From IMG/VR virus record IMGVR_UViG_3300036829_000172, positions 62,195 through 126,194 of that record: a stretch of DNA of 64,000 bases. One strand, 5' to 3'. The position numbers and the translations under genes are program-made. The stretch is from a virus (lineage: Duplodnaviria; Heunggongvirae; Uroviricota; Caudoviricetes). The notes below the pieces were generated by a model. It worked only from the letters and a program-made list of their open reading frames with translations. It was not told where the DNA came from and made no database searches. Positions within the stretch are counted from its first letter, which is position 1, and every line of letters begins with the position of its first letter. Of the stretch, positions 55,466-64,000 are shown one piece after another.

Positions 55466-55496
55466 GAGCGCCGCCCCTCTTAGAGGGGCAGCGCTC
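55466..55496. other. strong hairpin in divergent intergenic region
   Basis: GAGCGCCGCCCCTC-TTA-GAGGGGCAGCGCTC. Confidence 0.6.
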
Positions 55497-55622
55497 ACGG
55501 CCACTTGGACCGTACCCTTCAGGGCCTAGCCCCGGTAGATACGCCGTACCCGGGGACGGCGGCCTGATGACGCTATCACAGAAGGGTTCCGGTTGTCAGC
55601 GCGCTGGAGCATAATCTGGGGT

Positions 55623-55754
55623 ATGGGCCAAATAGGCAAAGAGAAGCGTCGTATCGAGGCCACCCCACTCACCACGAAGCCGGTACGCAAACCGATCCCC
55701 ACACCCGCACCGGCACCAGCGCCTGCACCGGTGAAGGAGCCGGCGCCGGTGTGA
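55623..55754 (+). CDS. small Pro-rich peptide (43 aa)
   Basis: Hand-translated MGQIGKEKRRIEATPL...PAPAPAPVKEPAPV; GTGA-coupled to the next gene. Confidence 0.55.
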   Translation: MGQIGKEKRRIEATPLTTKPVRKPIPTPAPAPAPAPVKEPAPV

Positions 55755-56413
55755 CCGAGCAGCATCCCGACGAGGCCGCTGGCGGCCTGGATCCGGACGT
55801 AACCGAGTTCGACGTCTTCGCGCTGCGCAGCTTCAAATTCTCGATCGAGCAGCAGACGCAGAAGATCGGCCAGTCGATCGGCTGGTGGAGCGACGGCCGC
55901 GCGCGGGTCTGGCGGCCGGTCGCCTACGGCCGGGTCGACGGTTGGGAGGACGGCACCTGCGAAGCCGTCTGCCACGGCTACAGCAATCCGCGGCATGAAG
56001 CGCCGAACGAGAATTGCGGCTGCGGTGTGTACGGCTCCCTGTCGTACGCCGACGTGCTGGGCCAGTACCACGACGCGGCGAAGCATCTGGTGGCGGTGAT
56101 CGCCGCGGAAGGGAAAACGATCATCGGCACACGCGGCCTGCGGACCGCGTTCGCCCGCGTCGTCGCCTACTGGGCCGACCCCGGCGGGCCCACACAGCAG
56201 ACCGCGACGGCGGACTTCTGGGGTCGCACTGTGGCGTATGAGGGGCCGATGCATCCGACGTATCGGGAAGTCGCGGCCTCGCAGTTCAAAGACGCGCAGT
56301 CCTACGACTGCCCGCTGGAGATGGTCGAGGAATACGGGCTGGCGCTGCTGCCGCCCGCCGAGGCACGCAGGGGCGGCGGTAACTACTGGACAGGCCGCCA
56401 TCAACCATCGTGA
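55751..56413 (+). CDS. conserved actinobacterial/phage hypothetical protein
   Basis: A.C....H.AP...CGCGVYG motif. Confidence 0.7.
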   Translation: MTEQHPDEAAGGLDPDVTEFDVFALRSFKFSIEQQTQKIGQSIGWWSDGRARVWRPVAYGRVDGWEDGTCEAVCHGYSNPRHEAPNENCGCGVYGSLSYADVLGQYHDAAKHLVAVIAAEGKTIIGTRGLRTAFARVVAYWADPGGPTQQTATADFWGRTVAYEGPMHPTYREVAASQFKDAQSYDCPLEMVEEYGLALLPPAEARRGGGNYWTGRHQPS

Positions 56414-56802
56414 AATCCAGCGGGCTTACACTGACACTCGTGACCAGCCCGTCGGACCTGAAATGGTTCGACCTCGCGCCCGCCTGGGCGCAGGAAATGT
56501 ACACGGCCCTCTCAGCGCAGATCGCCGCAGTCGGAAGCATGGAAGGACAAATCATGGCTCAAGTACAGATCGACGACGCGACCCTCAACAACGCTGTCGC
56601 CGTCCTGCAGAACACGTCGGGTCAGCTGGAGACCTTGTCGGCCGCGGTTGAGGAGTTCATCGCCGCCAACCCGCCGGTCCCGCAGGCGCAACTGGACGCG
56701 CTGAACACCGCGCTGAGCGGCAGCCAGAAAGCGCTCGCCGACGGGCAGCAAGCCGCAACCGACCTCGCCGCGCAGAACCCGACACCCCCAGCCGGCCCCT
56801 AA
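56410..56802 (+). CDS. hypothetical coiled-coil protein
   Basis: GTGA-coupled; possible internal start MAQVQ after GGAAGGA. Confidence 0.6.
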   Translation: MKSSGLTLTLVTSPSDLKWFDLAPAWAQEMYTALSAQIAAVGSMEGQIMAQVQIDDATLNNAVAVLQNTSGQLETLSAAVEEFIAANPPVPQAQLDALNTALSGSQKALADGQQAATDLAAQNPTPPAGP

Positions 56803-56813
56803 ACCGCGAGGTC

Positions 56814-57170
56814 ATGAACGAGGTTGAAACCTACCTACGACAGTCGGGTAAGTGGCATGTCCCGATTGCCACCGACTGGCTTGGCAGAGCAACCCAAGGT
56901 GCCTGGTGGCCGACCTACTACTCGCAGTGGCTCGACGCACATACGGCTGAGCGTGTCAAGCGTGACCCCCGAGAGTTCGGCCCTGGCGTCTGGGCGCGCG
57001 GCGACGACGGCAAAGACAGGTGGATCACCGATACACCCGAGTGGGATAAAAACTGGTTCCGCGCACGGGGCGTGCGGCCACCCAAGCGGTTCGGGGAAAA
57101 GGCCCGAACCTACTGGAAAGACTACGGCGACGGGCTGCAAGGCCTGAGCTATGGCGACCGGCCAACCTGA
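56814..57170 (+). CDS. Trp-rich hypothetical protein
   Basis: GAGG RBS; 118 aa. Confidence 0.6.
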   Translation: MNEVETYLRQSGKWHVPIATDWLGRATQGAWWPTYYSQWLDAHTAERVKRDPREFGPGVWARGDDGKDRWITDTPEWDKNWFRARGVRPPKRFGEKARTYWKDYGDGLQGLSYGDRPT

Positions 57171-57363
57171 CATATCGAAGGAGACGTGTCCGGCCTCACG
57201 CCGAGCCGACGGACCGTGGCACAGCTGGATCTTCGACGGCGACAACCCCTACATCGTGTGCGCGTACTGCGACGAGATGCGCGACGCCCTCACTGGCCGG
57301 CAGATCCGCCCGCCCACGGCGCGCCGCCCCTGACCACGGTAAACCTCGTGGCACCGTTCGGCT

Positions 57364-57597
57364 ATGGCCGTCAGATACGAGTTCTACTACGAGACGCCGA
57401 CACAGCAGCCCGACGGCAGCGGCGGCACCATCACCGTGAACGTCCCGACGACCTTCTCGCTGGGTGGCATCGCCCTGCCCGTCGCCAAGGCCATCAGAGC
57501 AGGCCTCGTCAACCGCGCCGCCCAGGCCGGCATCGCGAACGTGACCGCTACCCGGGTGCAGGACGCGACGGACACCATCAACGACGCGAGCACCTGA
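57364..57597 (+). CDS. hypothetical protein
   Basis: 77-aa ORF with high GC3. Confidence 0.55.
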   Translation: MAVRYEFYYETPTQQPDGSGGTITVNVPTTFSLGGIALPVAKAIRAGLVNRAAQAGIANVTATRVQDATDTINDAST

Positions 57598-57633
57598 GAC
57601 CGGTGTTCAGGTTCAGGTTTTGAACACCCCGGG

Positions 57634-57918
57634 TCAACGCACGATTGCTTGAAGGTCCGGCGGCAGCGTGCGGCCCGATTCGTTGTCCCAATGCCAGACA
57701 TGGCTCACCTTGTCGTTCATGCGGCCGTCTACGACTTGGTAGCCGGTGACGGTGACCGTCAACAGGGTCTTACCTCGGCGTTCGGACACGATCCTGTAGG
57801 GCCGCATCATCACGCCAGTGTCTTTGATGAGCACGTCGGGGAAGTGCGGATTGCCCGGCCGTATGTCCCATTCGTGCCGTCGCACCTCGCCGCCGATTGG
57901 CTGCGTCATGGGATCCAT
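57634..57918 (-). CDS. hypothetical protein
   Basis: GAGGA RBS; co-oriented chain. Confidence 0.55.
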   Translation of the reverse strand: MDPMTQPIGGEVRRHEWDIRPGNPHFPDVLIKDTGVMMRPYRIVSERRGKTLLTVTVTGYQVVDGRMNDKVSHVWHWDNESGRTLPPDLQAIVR

Positions 57919-58852
57919 TCCTCTCCGAGGCGTAGGGCGGCGCTCAGGTCTGAGCGAGTCTGGGTCTGTAGCACCTTGCGGGGTTGCTCGTATCGCTTCA
58001 GCAGGCAGACCTGGAACTGGTGGATGCCCTCTGCCGACGTCTCGGGTGTGATACGGACCATTGCGTTCGTGCCGTAGCGGACGACCACGCCTTCGCCGAT
58101 GTGCCAGGTGTTCACCGGTCCTTCAGCCCTTCCCCGGCCAACGCGCAGCCTGTCCTTCGCTTATCGAACGAAGGTGATCCGGCCTATCCGTTGGATATCC
58201 GAGACTGATCAAGTAGTGCGCCACGCAGTCAGCTACATCGTCACCGCCGACCTCATGACCGTTGATCGACATCGTGATGACGGGCGTCCAGTCCTTCGGG
58301 TGGGTCAGCCCACACCCTTCAATCTCACAGCGACAACTGGCATGCGCGCAAGCCACGCTCATCCCGCCTGTTCGGTCAGGTTCCGCACCCGCCACGCGTC
58401 AAGATCGCCGCGCAGACGCGGTTCAGGCACCACATACTTCCACGACCCGCCAAGCGAATAACCGATCACGTCACCGGTTCTCAGATGCGGATTGCCCTTC
58501 GACGGCATCGACCCGTCCACGTCGCCTTCATGACGCCCGTGCGCGTTGCGGCTCAGGTCGGCGAGCATCGTTTGGTAGCCCTGCAACTTGCGACGCTCCG
58601 CGGCTTCGCGTTCGTAAAGCTGCTGCCAGGTCTGGCGCACACCGTTGATGGTGGAGTCGCTCAGATCGCTCATCAACGCCCGCCGCATGTAGTCATCGTT
58701 AGGGTGGCTCACAATTGTCGTCTCACTGGTCCAGTGCGTCCCACATGAACAGAGGTGATGGTGGCGGGTCGGCCGCCAGGTAGCACCAATGCAAACCCGG
58801 GCGGTCGCGGTCAGCGTCTCCCCGGTCACCGCACAGCGTCATCGCCTACTGC

Positions 58853-59440
58853 CTAGCGACACTGCATCTCCGGCGGATGAATCGTCCAACACTTCCGACA
58901 CACACAGTGCCCCGACCGCTCCACCTCAGGACGCGGCACCGTCCGCAGCTCCCGCACCTGCGGCCGCGCCTTCACCGACCGCACCGACTTCACCGGCCTG
59001 GCCGGCCGCGTCGGCTTCCGCGGCACCATCCGCTCGGGCGCCGACGGCAGATCCTTACGCTCCGGCTCACCCTCCGGCACCGGCGGTTTCCCACGTTGAC
59101 GTTTCGGCTTGTTCTGCTTATCGGGCCGGTGCTCACCACACCACGGCTGACCAACGAAGTCGATCACCCAGCCCAGCGATGACGCCAGCAGCCGGAACCG
59201 GTCCATCACCCGCGGATCCTCGGGACTGTCGGCGTGCACAGTCAACTTGGCCGGAGTGAAACACGCCGTGCAACAAAACGTCCTGGTCAGCATGCCCACA
59301 GGTTCCTCCTCATCACAGTGTGGATGCACAATGCCCTTGGCAGTCAGATGCATCCGCCCCAGCAACGCCGGATACGGCTCCCCGCACTCCGCACACACAC
59401 CCGGCAACACCGGCCGGAAGAAATACGTCGCCACCGTCAC
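58853..59440 (-). CDS. hypothetical Zn-binding protein
   Basis: CAECG..HPHC, CTAC, WCGEH, CVCRKC..H. Confidence 0.55.
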   Translation of the reverse strand: MTVATYFFRPVLPGVCAECGEPYPALLGRMHLTAKGIVHPHCDEEEPVGMLTRTFCCTACFTPAKLTVHADSPEDPRVMDRFRLLASSLGWVIDFVGQPWCGEHRPDKQNKPKRQRGKPPVPEGEPERKDLPSAPERMVPRKPTRPARPVKSVRSVKARPQVRELRTVPRPEVERSGHCVCRKCWTIHPPEMQCR

Positions 59441-59846
59441 GTCGCCTCCACACCTAAACGGTCGATCACGTCCTCACGGGTAGCCTTAAGCGCTTCGTAC
59501 CGACACAGAATGCACTGCCTGACGTCACCCTGCGGTTCACCCAGGAACTCTGCGGCCGCCCGGTGCCCCAGGAACTGATGCAACGTGACGATGAACCAGC
59601 CGACGGTGTCCATCTGCTTGCTCATATCAGTCCGTGTGCCATCCCGTCCACCTAAACCACCACCGGTGCTGCAAATGATGCCAACCCCACGCCAACCGCC
59701 ATTGTCGCTCCCACAACGTGCAATTCGGCTCCGGACACTCCGCCCGCCAATACACGTGCCACCACACATGGCCAATCCACCACGGCACCCAATACCGCAG
59801 CCGCCACCACACCAACCGGGCCCGATGCCCGGCCCGCTCCTTCACG

Positions 59847-60089
59847 TCACGCATCGGAATCCGTGCTCTTCGTCCTGAGCAACTTCATCGCCCGCAGCTC
59901 TTTGAGGATGGCGGACTCAGTCTTGCCGTAGCAGATCACCACCTGCATCGCCGGCACACCCAGCGCCACCAACTCCTCAGCCCTAATCAGGATCGGCTCA
60001 CCGGCCACCAGCCGGGCCATGTTCTCCTCCGACAACCCCAACAACAACAACGGCTGCCCATCACCCGTCGCGCCGGCACCCTTAATCAC
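59847..60089 (-). CDS. hypothetical protein
   Basis: LLGLSEEN..RL..GEPI...YG.TE..I motif; coupled chain. Confidence 0.6.
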   Translation of the reverse strand: MIKGAGATGDGQPLLLLGLSEENMARLVAGEPILIRAEELVALGVPAMQVVICYGKTESAILKELRAMKLLRTKSTDSDA

Positions 60090-60267
60090 GGGGACTTGCG
60101 CTGCTTCTTGACAGCCTCACCCACGCTGTCATACATCGACGAGTCGCGGCGTTTACGCTCGTCCTTCTCCGCTGCCCGCCTCAACGCCAACCGCAGACGC
60201 GGCGACTTCGGCGAACGCCCACTGACCCCATGCTTGTGCATGCCCATGCCGCCCCCACCCGACTCCA

Positions 60268-60864
60268 TCAGGAAACCTCGCCCGGATACCCCTGCTTGAA
60301 CAGGTCGATCGCGGCCAGCACCGACAACACCTCACCATGCAACGGCGACTGAATCACCTGGTCAGACAGATGCTGAGCAGCGTTCATCGAATCCTTACGG
60401 TCGAAATACAGCGCCGCATGCCGCAACACCGCCTCCGCCTTGTCCAATGTCCGCCGCGCATTAATCTCCGCCGGACGCTGCAGGTCGGCGCGATACGTCC
60501 GCCTGGAGTACTCTTCCGGCGACACAAGCTCCGAAGACCGCAGCTCGGCGCGATACGCGTTCCGCTCAGGCGTCCGCTCGAGATACTCCTCCGGCGACAT
60601 AAACGTCACGCCCGACGTCCCGGCATGATCCACACCATGAGCCTCAGCCCTGGCCTGCGCCTCACGCGCGAACTTGTTGCGCGCCAACCGGATGAGGTCG
60701 GCGTTGGTACCGGGGACCACGACCGAGTCCTCATCCCCACCACCATCAACCCTGGCGGCCTGCGCCTCACGCAGCAGCTCCTGATCCACCCGCTCATGAC
60801 GCTCGTAAGGGCCCGGCTCATCCACGCGGCCCGCACCACCAGGGTTATTGCGCTGCTCGTCCAT
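60268..60864 (-). CDS. hypothetical protein with SPEEY...YRA repeat
   Basis: SPEEYLER...YRAEL / SPEEYSRR.YRADL duplication; ATG 60864. Confidence 0.6.
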   Translation of the reverse strand: MDEQRNNPGGAGRVDEPGPYERHERVDQELLREAQAARVDGGGDEDSVVVPGTNADLIRLARNKFAREAQARAEAHGVDHAGTSGVTFMSPEEYLERTPERNAYRAELRSSELVSPEEYSRRTYRADLQRPAEINARRTLDKAEAVLRHAALYFDRKDSMNAAQHLSDQVIQSPLHGEVLSVLAAIDLFKQGYPGEVS

Positions 60865-60983
60865 GGCCCACAGCCTACAGCGCGCTGACGCATCAACACA
60901 CACCCGGCGCGCCGAACCCAACCGGCCCGCACCGCCAGGTTTAACGTGAGCATCGCCACCGCGACATGAAGGGCTACCGCAAC

Positions 60984-61229
60984 ATGAGCGACATAACACC
61001 CGCGAGACTGCAAGAACTACACGACACCGAAACCAACCTCCTCGACAAAACCAGCACCGAATGCGCCGCACTACTCAGCCGGGTCAACGAAACCGGCCGC
61101 CAAACCCTCACAGTCGAAGAAGACACAAGATTCCGCCGACTGACCAACACCAGACAGCGCTACGTCACCCGCATCGAGCTCCTCGAACAACTCATGCAAG
61201 AAGCCGCAACCGCTCTACCGCCGCGTTGA
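60984..61229 (+). CDS. coiled-coil protein resembling an HK97 capsid delta (scaffold) domain
   Basis: LL......R.LT.EE...F..L...R......I..LE pattern; no capsid fold follows. Confidence 0.5.
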   Translation: MSDITPARLQELHDTETNLLDKTSTECAALLSRVNETGRQTLTVEEDTRFRRLTNTRQRYVTRIELLEQLMQEAATALPPR

Positions 61230-61278
61230 ACGGCTTGAACGCCTCAGTGATCTCGGCTCCCCACAAAAGACTCGGCCT

Positions 61279-62544
61279 ATGACCGTCCACTACAGCGACG
61301 ACGACGTCATCCTCCACCACGGCGACTGCCTCGACGTCATGGCCGAGCTGCCGGATCAGTCGGTCGACGCTGTAGTCACCGATCCGCCGTATGGCCTCGA
61401 CTTCATGGGCAAGAAGTGGGACACCGGCGCCGTCTCGTTCGACACCGCGATCTGGCGCCACGCGTTGCGCGTACTCAAACCCGGCGGGCACCTGCTGGCG
61501 TTCGGCGGCACCCGCACCTGGCACCGCCTCGCCGCGGCCATCGAAGACGCCGGATTTGAGATCCGCGACAGCATTGCCTGGCTGTACGGCTCAGGGTTCC
61601 CGAAGTCGCTGGACGTGTCCAAGGCGATCGACAAAGCGGCGGGCACCGAGCGTGAAGTGATCCGCCCACGCAGTTACGAACTGACCGACGGCGGCGGCTA
61701 CAGCGGCAACCTGAACACGTCGAGGCCGCGACTTGAATCATGCGAGATCACCGCGCCCGCGACCGACGCCGCGAAGCAGTGGCAGGGCTGGGGCACCGCG
61801 CTCAAACCCGCGTTCGAGCCGATCGTCGTCGCACGCAAACCTATCCGCGGGACTGTTGCGGCGAACGTGTTGGCGCACGGCACCGGGGCACTCAACATCG
61901 ACGCCACCAGAGTCGCTGGCGACAATCCGTCGATCGGCCGACGCAAAGGCTCAACCAACCACCTGTCAACCCGGCCCGCTCGTGAAGCTGAAGCGGAGGG
62001 ACGCATCGAGTCGCGACAAAGCCCTGAGGCCTTCGCGGCGGATCGGCCCGGCGAGCTACTCGGCCGTTGGCCTACCAACGTCGTCATAGACGAACACACA
62101 GCCGCTGGGATCGACGTGCACAGTGGCGTCACCCGCGACGGAACCGCGGTGCAGCGCAACGGCGGCGGCCAACGCATCTTCAACCAGGGCGACGGCCTAA
62201 CCCGCGACGACGCTGGCTATGGCGGCGGAGGCGGCGCGTCCCGGTTCTTCCCCACGTTCCGCTACGAGGCCAAGGCCCCCACCTCGGAACGCCCTTCGAC
62301 CGAGGGTGTCGCGCACCCCACCGTGAAGCCGCTGGACCTGATGCGCTGGCTGGTTCGCCTCGTCACACCACCCGGCGGAGTCGTGCTCGACCCGTTCGCC
62401 GGCTCCGGCACCACTGCGGAGGCCGCCATCCACGAACACATGCGCTGCATCGTCATTGAACGCGAACTGATCTACCTACCCCTGATCGTCGCCCGGCTGT
62501 CGAAACCCATGGCAATCGGATTCGACTTCGAGACCCCCGCATAA
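61279..62544 (+). CDS. N4-C/N6-A DNA methyltransferase (beta class)
   Basis: GDCLDVM, VVTDPPY (motif IV), HPTVKP, VLDPFAGSGTT (motif I). Confidence 0.93.
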   Translation: MTVHYSDDDVILHHGDCLDVMAELPDQSVDAVVTDPPYGLDFMGKKWDTGAVSFDTAIWRHALRVLKPGGHLLAFGGTRTWHRLAAAIEDAGFEIRDSIAWLYGSGFPKSLDVSKAIDKAAGTEREVIRPRSYELTDGGGYSGNLNTSRPRLESCEITAPATDAAKQWQGWGTALKPAFEPIVVARKPIRGTVAANVLAHGTGALNIDATRVAGDNPSIGRRKGSTNHLSTRPAREAEAEGRIESRQSPEAFAADRPGELLGRWPTNVVIDEHTAAGIDVHSGVTRDGTAVQRNGGGQRIFNQGDGLTRDDAGYGGGGGASRFFPTFRYEAKAPTSERPSTEGVAHPTVKPLDLMRWLVRLVTPPGGVVLDPFAGSGTTAEAAIHEHMRCIVIERELIYLPLIVARLSKPMAIGFDFETPA

Positions 62545-62744
62545 TTAGACATGCACGTAGGCCACCGTGTGGCGGCAGGAAGAACACCAGCGCACACGGG
62601 ACCTGCGGGCCACATCCACCCAGCACACCCAGCGCAACCGAGACCGGCAGACCGGACAACGGACAGGCGCCACCGGGCTCAACCCCACCTGCGGCAACGG
62701 CTCCGAAGGCCGCACCGGCCGGCGGCCCCCGAACGGATCAAACA

Positions 62745-63332
62745 TCACAGCCCACGGTGAACCGCCCACTGACAATCCGACCCCCGGTCCGCATAAACCA
62801 ACTCGAACCCATCACGCCCAACAAACTCCCGCACCGCCCGACACACCCCAAAAAACCGGTGACCAGGATCAGCCGACCAATCATCACCAGCAATAACCCC
62901 ACCCGGCCGAACCTTCACCGCCAACAACTCGAGCTCCGCAGCCGCCTGCTCGTAGCTGTGCACCGAATCCACATACGCCCAATCCAGATAATCGTCGGCG
63001 AAAGTCGGCAACACATCCAGATCACTACCGATATGCAACACCGCCTGACCGCTCACCAACTCCGGACCAACCCGCCGCACCGCCTCCACCAACGCCGTCA
63101 CAGTCGACTCACCACCATCGCGCTCATCCCACCGCTCACCCAGCAGATACCACGGATCGATCAAATGCAGCCTCGCCGGCGCCAACACATCCAGCAGCAC
63201 ACGCGACAAAAACCCCTTATAAACCCCCAGCTCAGCACCCACACCACCAACCGGCAGCACCTCCCGCACAAACCGAATCCGAGCCTCCGCCCAACCAGCC
63301 CACGGCGCATCCGCAGCATCAACCATCAGCAC
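62745..63332 (-). CDS. class I SAM-dependent methyltransferase (Methyltransf_24-like)
   Basis: GAELGVYKG, LHLIDPW, LDWAYVDSVHSYE, VRPGGVIAGDDW, GVCRAV.EF. Confidence 0.85.
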   Translation of the reverse strand: MLMVDAADAPWAGWAEARIRFVREVLPVGGVGAELGVYKGFLSRVLLDVLAPARLHLIDPWYLLGERWDERDGGESTVTALVEAVRRVGPELVSGQAVLHIGSDLDVLPTFADDYLDWAYVDSVHSYEQAAAELELLAVKVRPGGVIAGDDWSADPGHRFFGVCRAVREFVGRDGFELVYADRGSDCQWAVHRGL

Positions 63333-63630
63333 CCGTCTCCTTGGTGAAGTCGTACGCTCGCGCCCTCGGCAGGACCGACGCCAAGAAGCAGTCCAAGTGC
63401 CACGACAGCAGCTTCGCCGACGACGAGATCAACGGGATCAACACGCCCTGGTCGCCGACCTCGATGGCCTTACCGCACTGAGGGCAGATGTCCCCGACCG
63501 GCGTGGGACGGTGCCTCGCCGACTCGCACACCGGCGCATACCAGCTCTCACCGAACCAGCCGCCGGGGTAGTCGTCGATCACCGGGACGACCGGATCAAT
63601 AGACACGACGGTCACGACCAGGCCGACCAT
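63319..63630 (-). CDS. conserved hypothetical protein
   Basis: WFGESWYAPVC...TPVG..C..C...I..GDQG..IP...H.DC; start uncertain. Confidence 0.6.
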   Translation of the reverse strand: MVGLVVTVVSIDPVVPVIDDYPGGWFGESWYAPVCESARHRPTPVGDICPQCGKAIEVGDQGVLIPLISSSAKLLSWHLDCFLASVLPRARAYDFTKETGADG

Positions 63631-63769
63631 CCTGCATCCGCTCCAACGCCGACCACACCCCATTAGGCGAACAACCCACACGCTTCGCGATCTGGCGAAT
63701 ACTCCGGCCTTCCGCACGCAAACGCACAATCAACGCATCACGCTGCGCCGGCGACAACTGCTCAGCCAT
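63596..63769 (-). CDS. small HTH protein
   Basis: RDALIVRLRAEGRSIRQIAKRVGCSPNGVWSAL. Confidence 0.75.
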   Translation of the reverse strand: MAEQLSPAQRDALIVRLRAEGRSIRQIAKRVGCSPNGVWSALERMQDGRPGRDRRVY

Positions 63770-64000
63770 GACTGGAACGGTACCAGCTCTGACCTGCACC
63801 AATCCGTCCACTCTGCGATTAACCATGGCTGAATATTAACCGCGAAGGGTCGCGCGAAACACTAAGCCCTGCAACGGGATTCAGCGTCAGCAAACGCTCG
63901 AAAGGCTAACGGGCGCAAAGTCTTTCACGCGGGGCCACCACGCCGGAGGTCAAAGACGCGTTTTGACGGAAAAGAGGCGTCCCGGGGGGATAATCCACGA

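Larger units (their letters stand above)
1..64000. mobile_element. segment of a large mycobacterial mobile element (plasmid/phage-plasmid/prophage) with ESX-P-like T7SS, phage packaging genes and tRNA array
   Basis: Co-occurrence of an ESX locus with NlpC/P60, terminase/portal/protease, 33 tRNA-type genes and dense small phage-like ORFs; no housekeeping genes; boundaries not in window. Confidence 0.8.

Noticed and set aside
55564-55610. Hammerhead ribozyme (CTGATGA core)
   Set aside because: A CGCT/AGCG stem follows but there is no GAAA after it, so the catalytic core is incomplete
54199-55614. 471-aa + strand ORF
   Set aside because: Antisense to several coherent - strand genes with RBSs; Arg-rich composition with no domain
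1-64000. CRISPR array, IS element, integrase/att site or rRNA
   Set aside because: No equally spaced identical repeats with unique spacers, no transposase or recombinase motif and no rRNA-like sequence seen; the repeated GGTTCGAATCC strings are tRNA T-arms

Overview
High-GC actinobacterial DNA, almost certainly from a large mycobacterial mobile element (conjugative plasmid, phage-plasmid or prophage). No integrase, replication gene or element boundary is visible in the window. Four blocks: (1) 1-18.7 kb, + strand: lysozyme-like and NlpC/P60 genes followed by a type VII secretion locus in ESX-2/ESX-P order (eccB, split eccC, PE, PPE, two WXG100 genes, espG, EspI/MinD-like ATPase, eccD, mycP, eccE). 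eccA is not seen, and about nine small orphan ORFs are interleaved in the operon. (2) 20.4-25.7 kb, - strand: phage terminase large subunit, portal and HK97-type prohead protease, ending at a terminator with no capsid gene. (3) 27.1-40.4 kb: a - strand array of 33 hand-folded tRNA-type genes covering all 20 amino acids (Met only as an initiator type). It is interrupted by small ORFs and by an oppositely oriented three-gene phage fibre module, and also contains a likely terminase small subunit and a glycosyltransferase. (4) 40.5-64 kb: dense phage-like small ORFs, three small-molecule/glycan-type methyltransferases, a DNA methyltransferase, an Arr-like ADP-ribosyltransferase, a PE-PPE hydrolase and what look like scattered head-gene fragments. 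The most striking observation is a pair of tRNA-like RNAs with anticodons UCU (Arg, AGA) and UAU (Ile, AUA) that lack a D-arm in the normal position. Both carry the same apparent rearrangement, with a D-stem strand and D-loop moved 3' of the anticodon arm. All calls come from motif recognition and manual folding; no database search was run.
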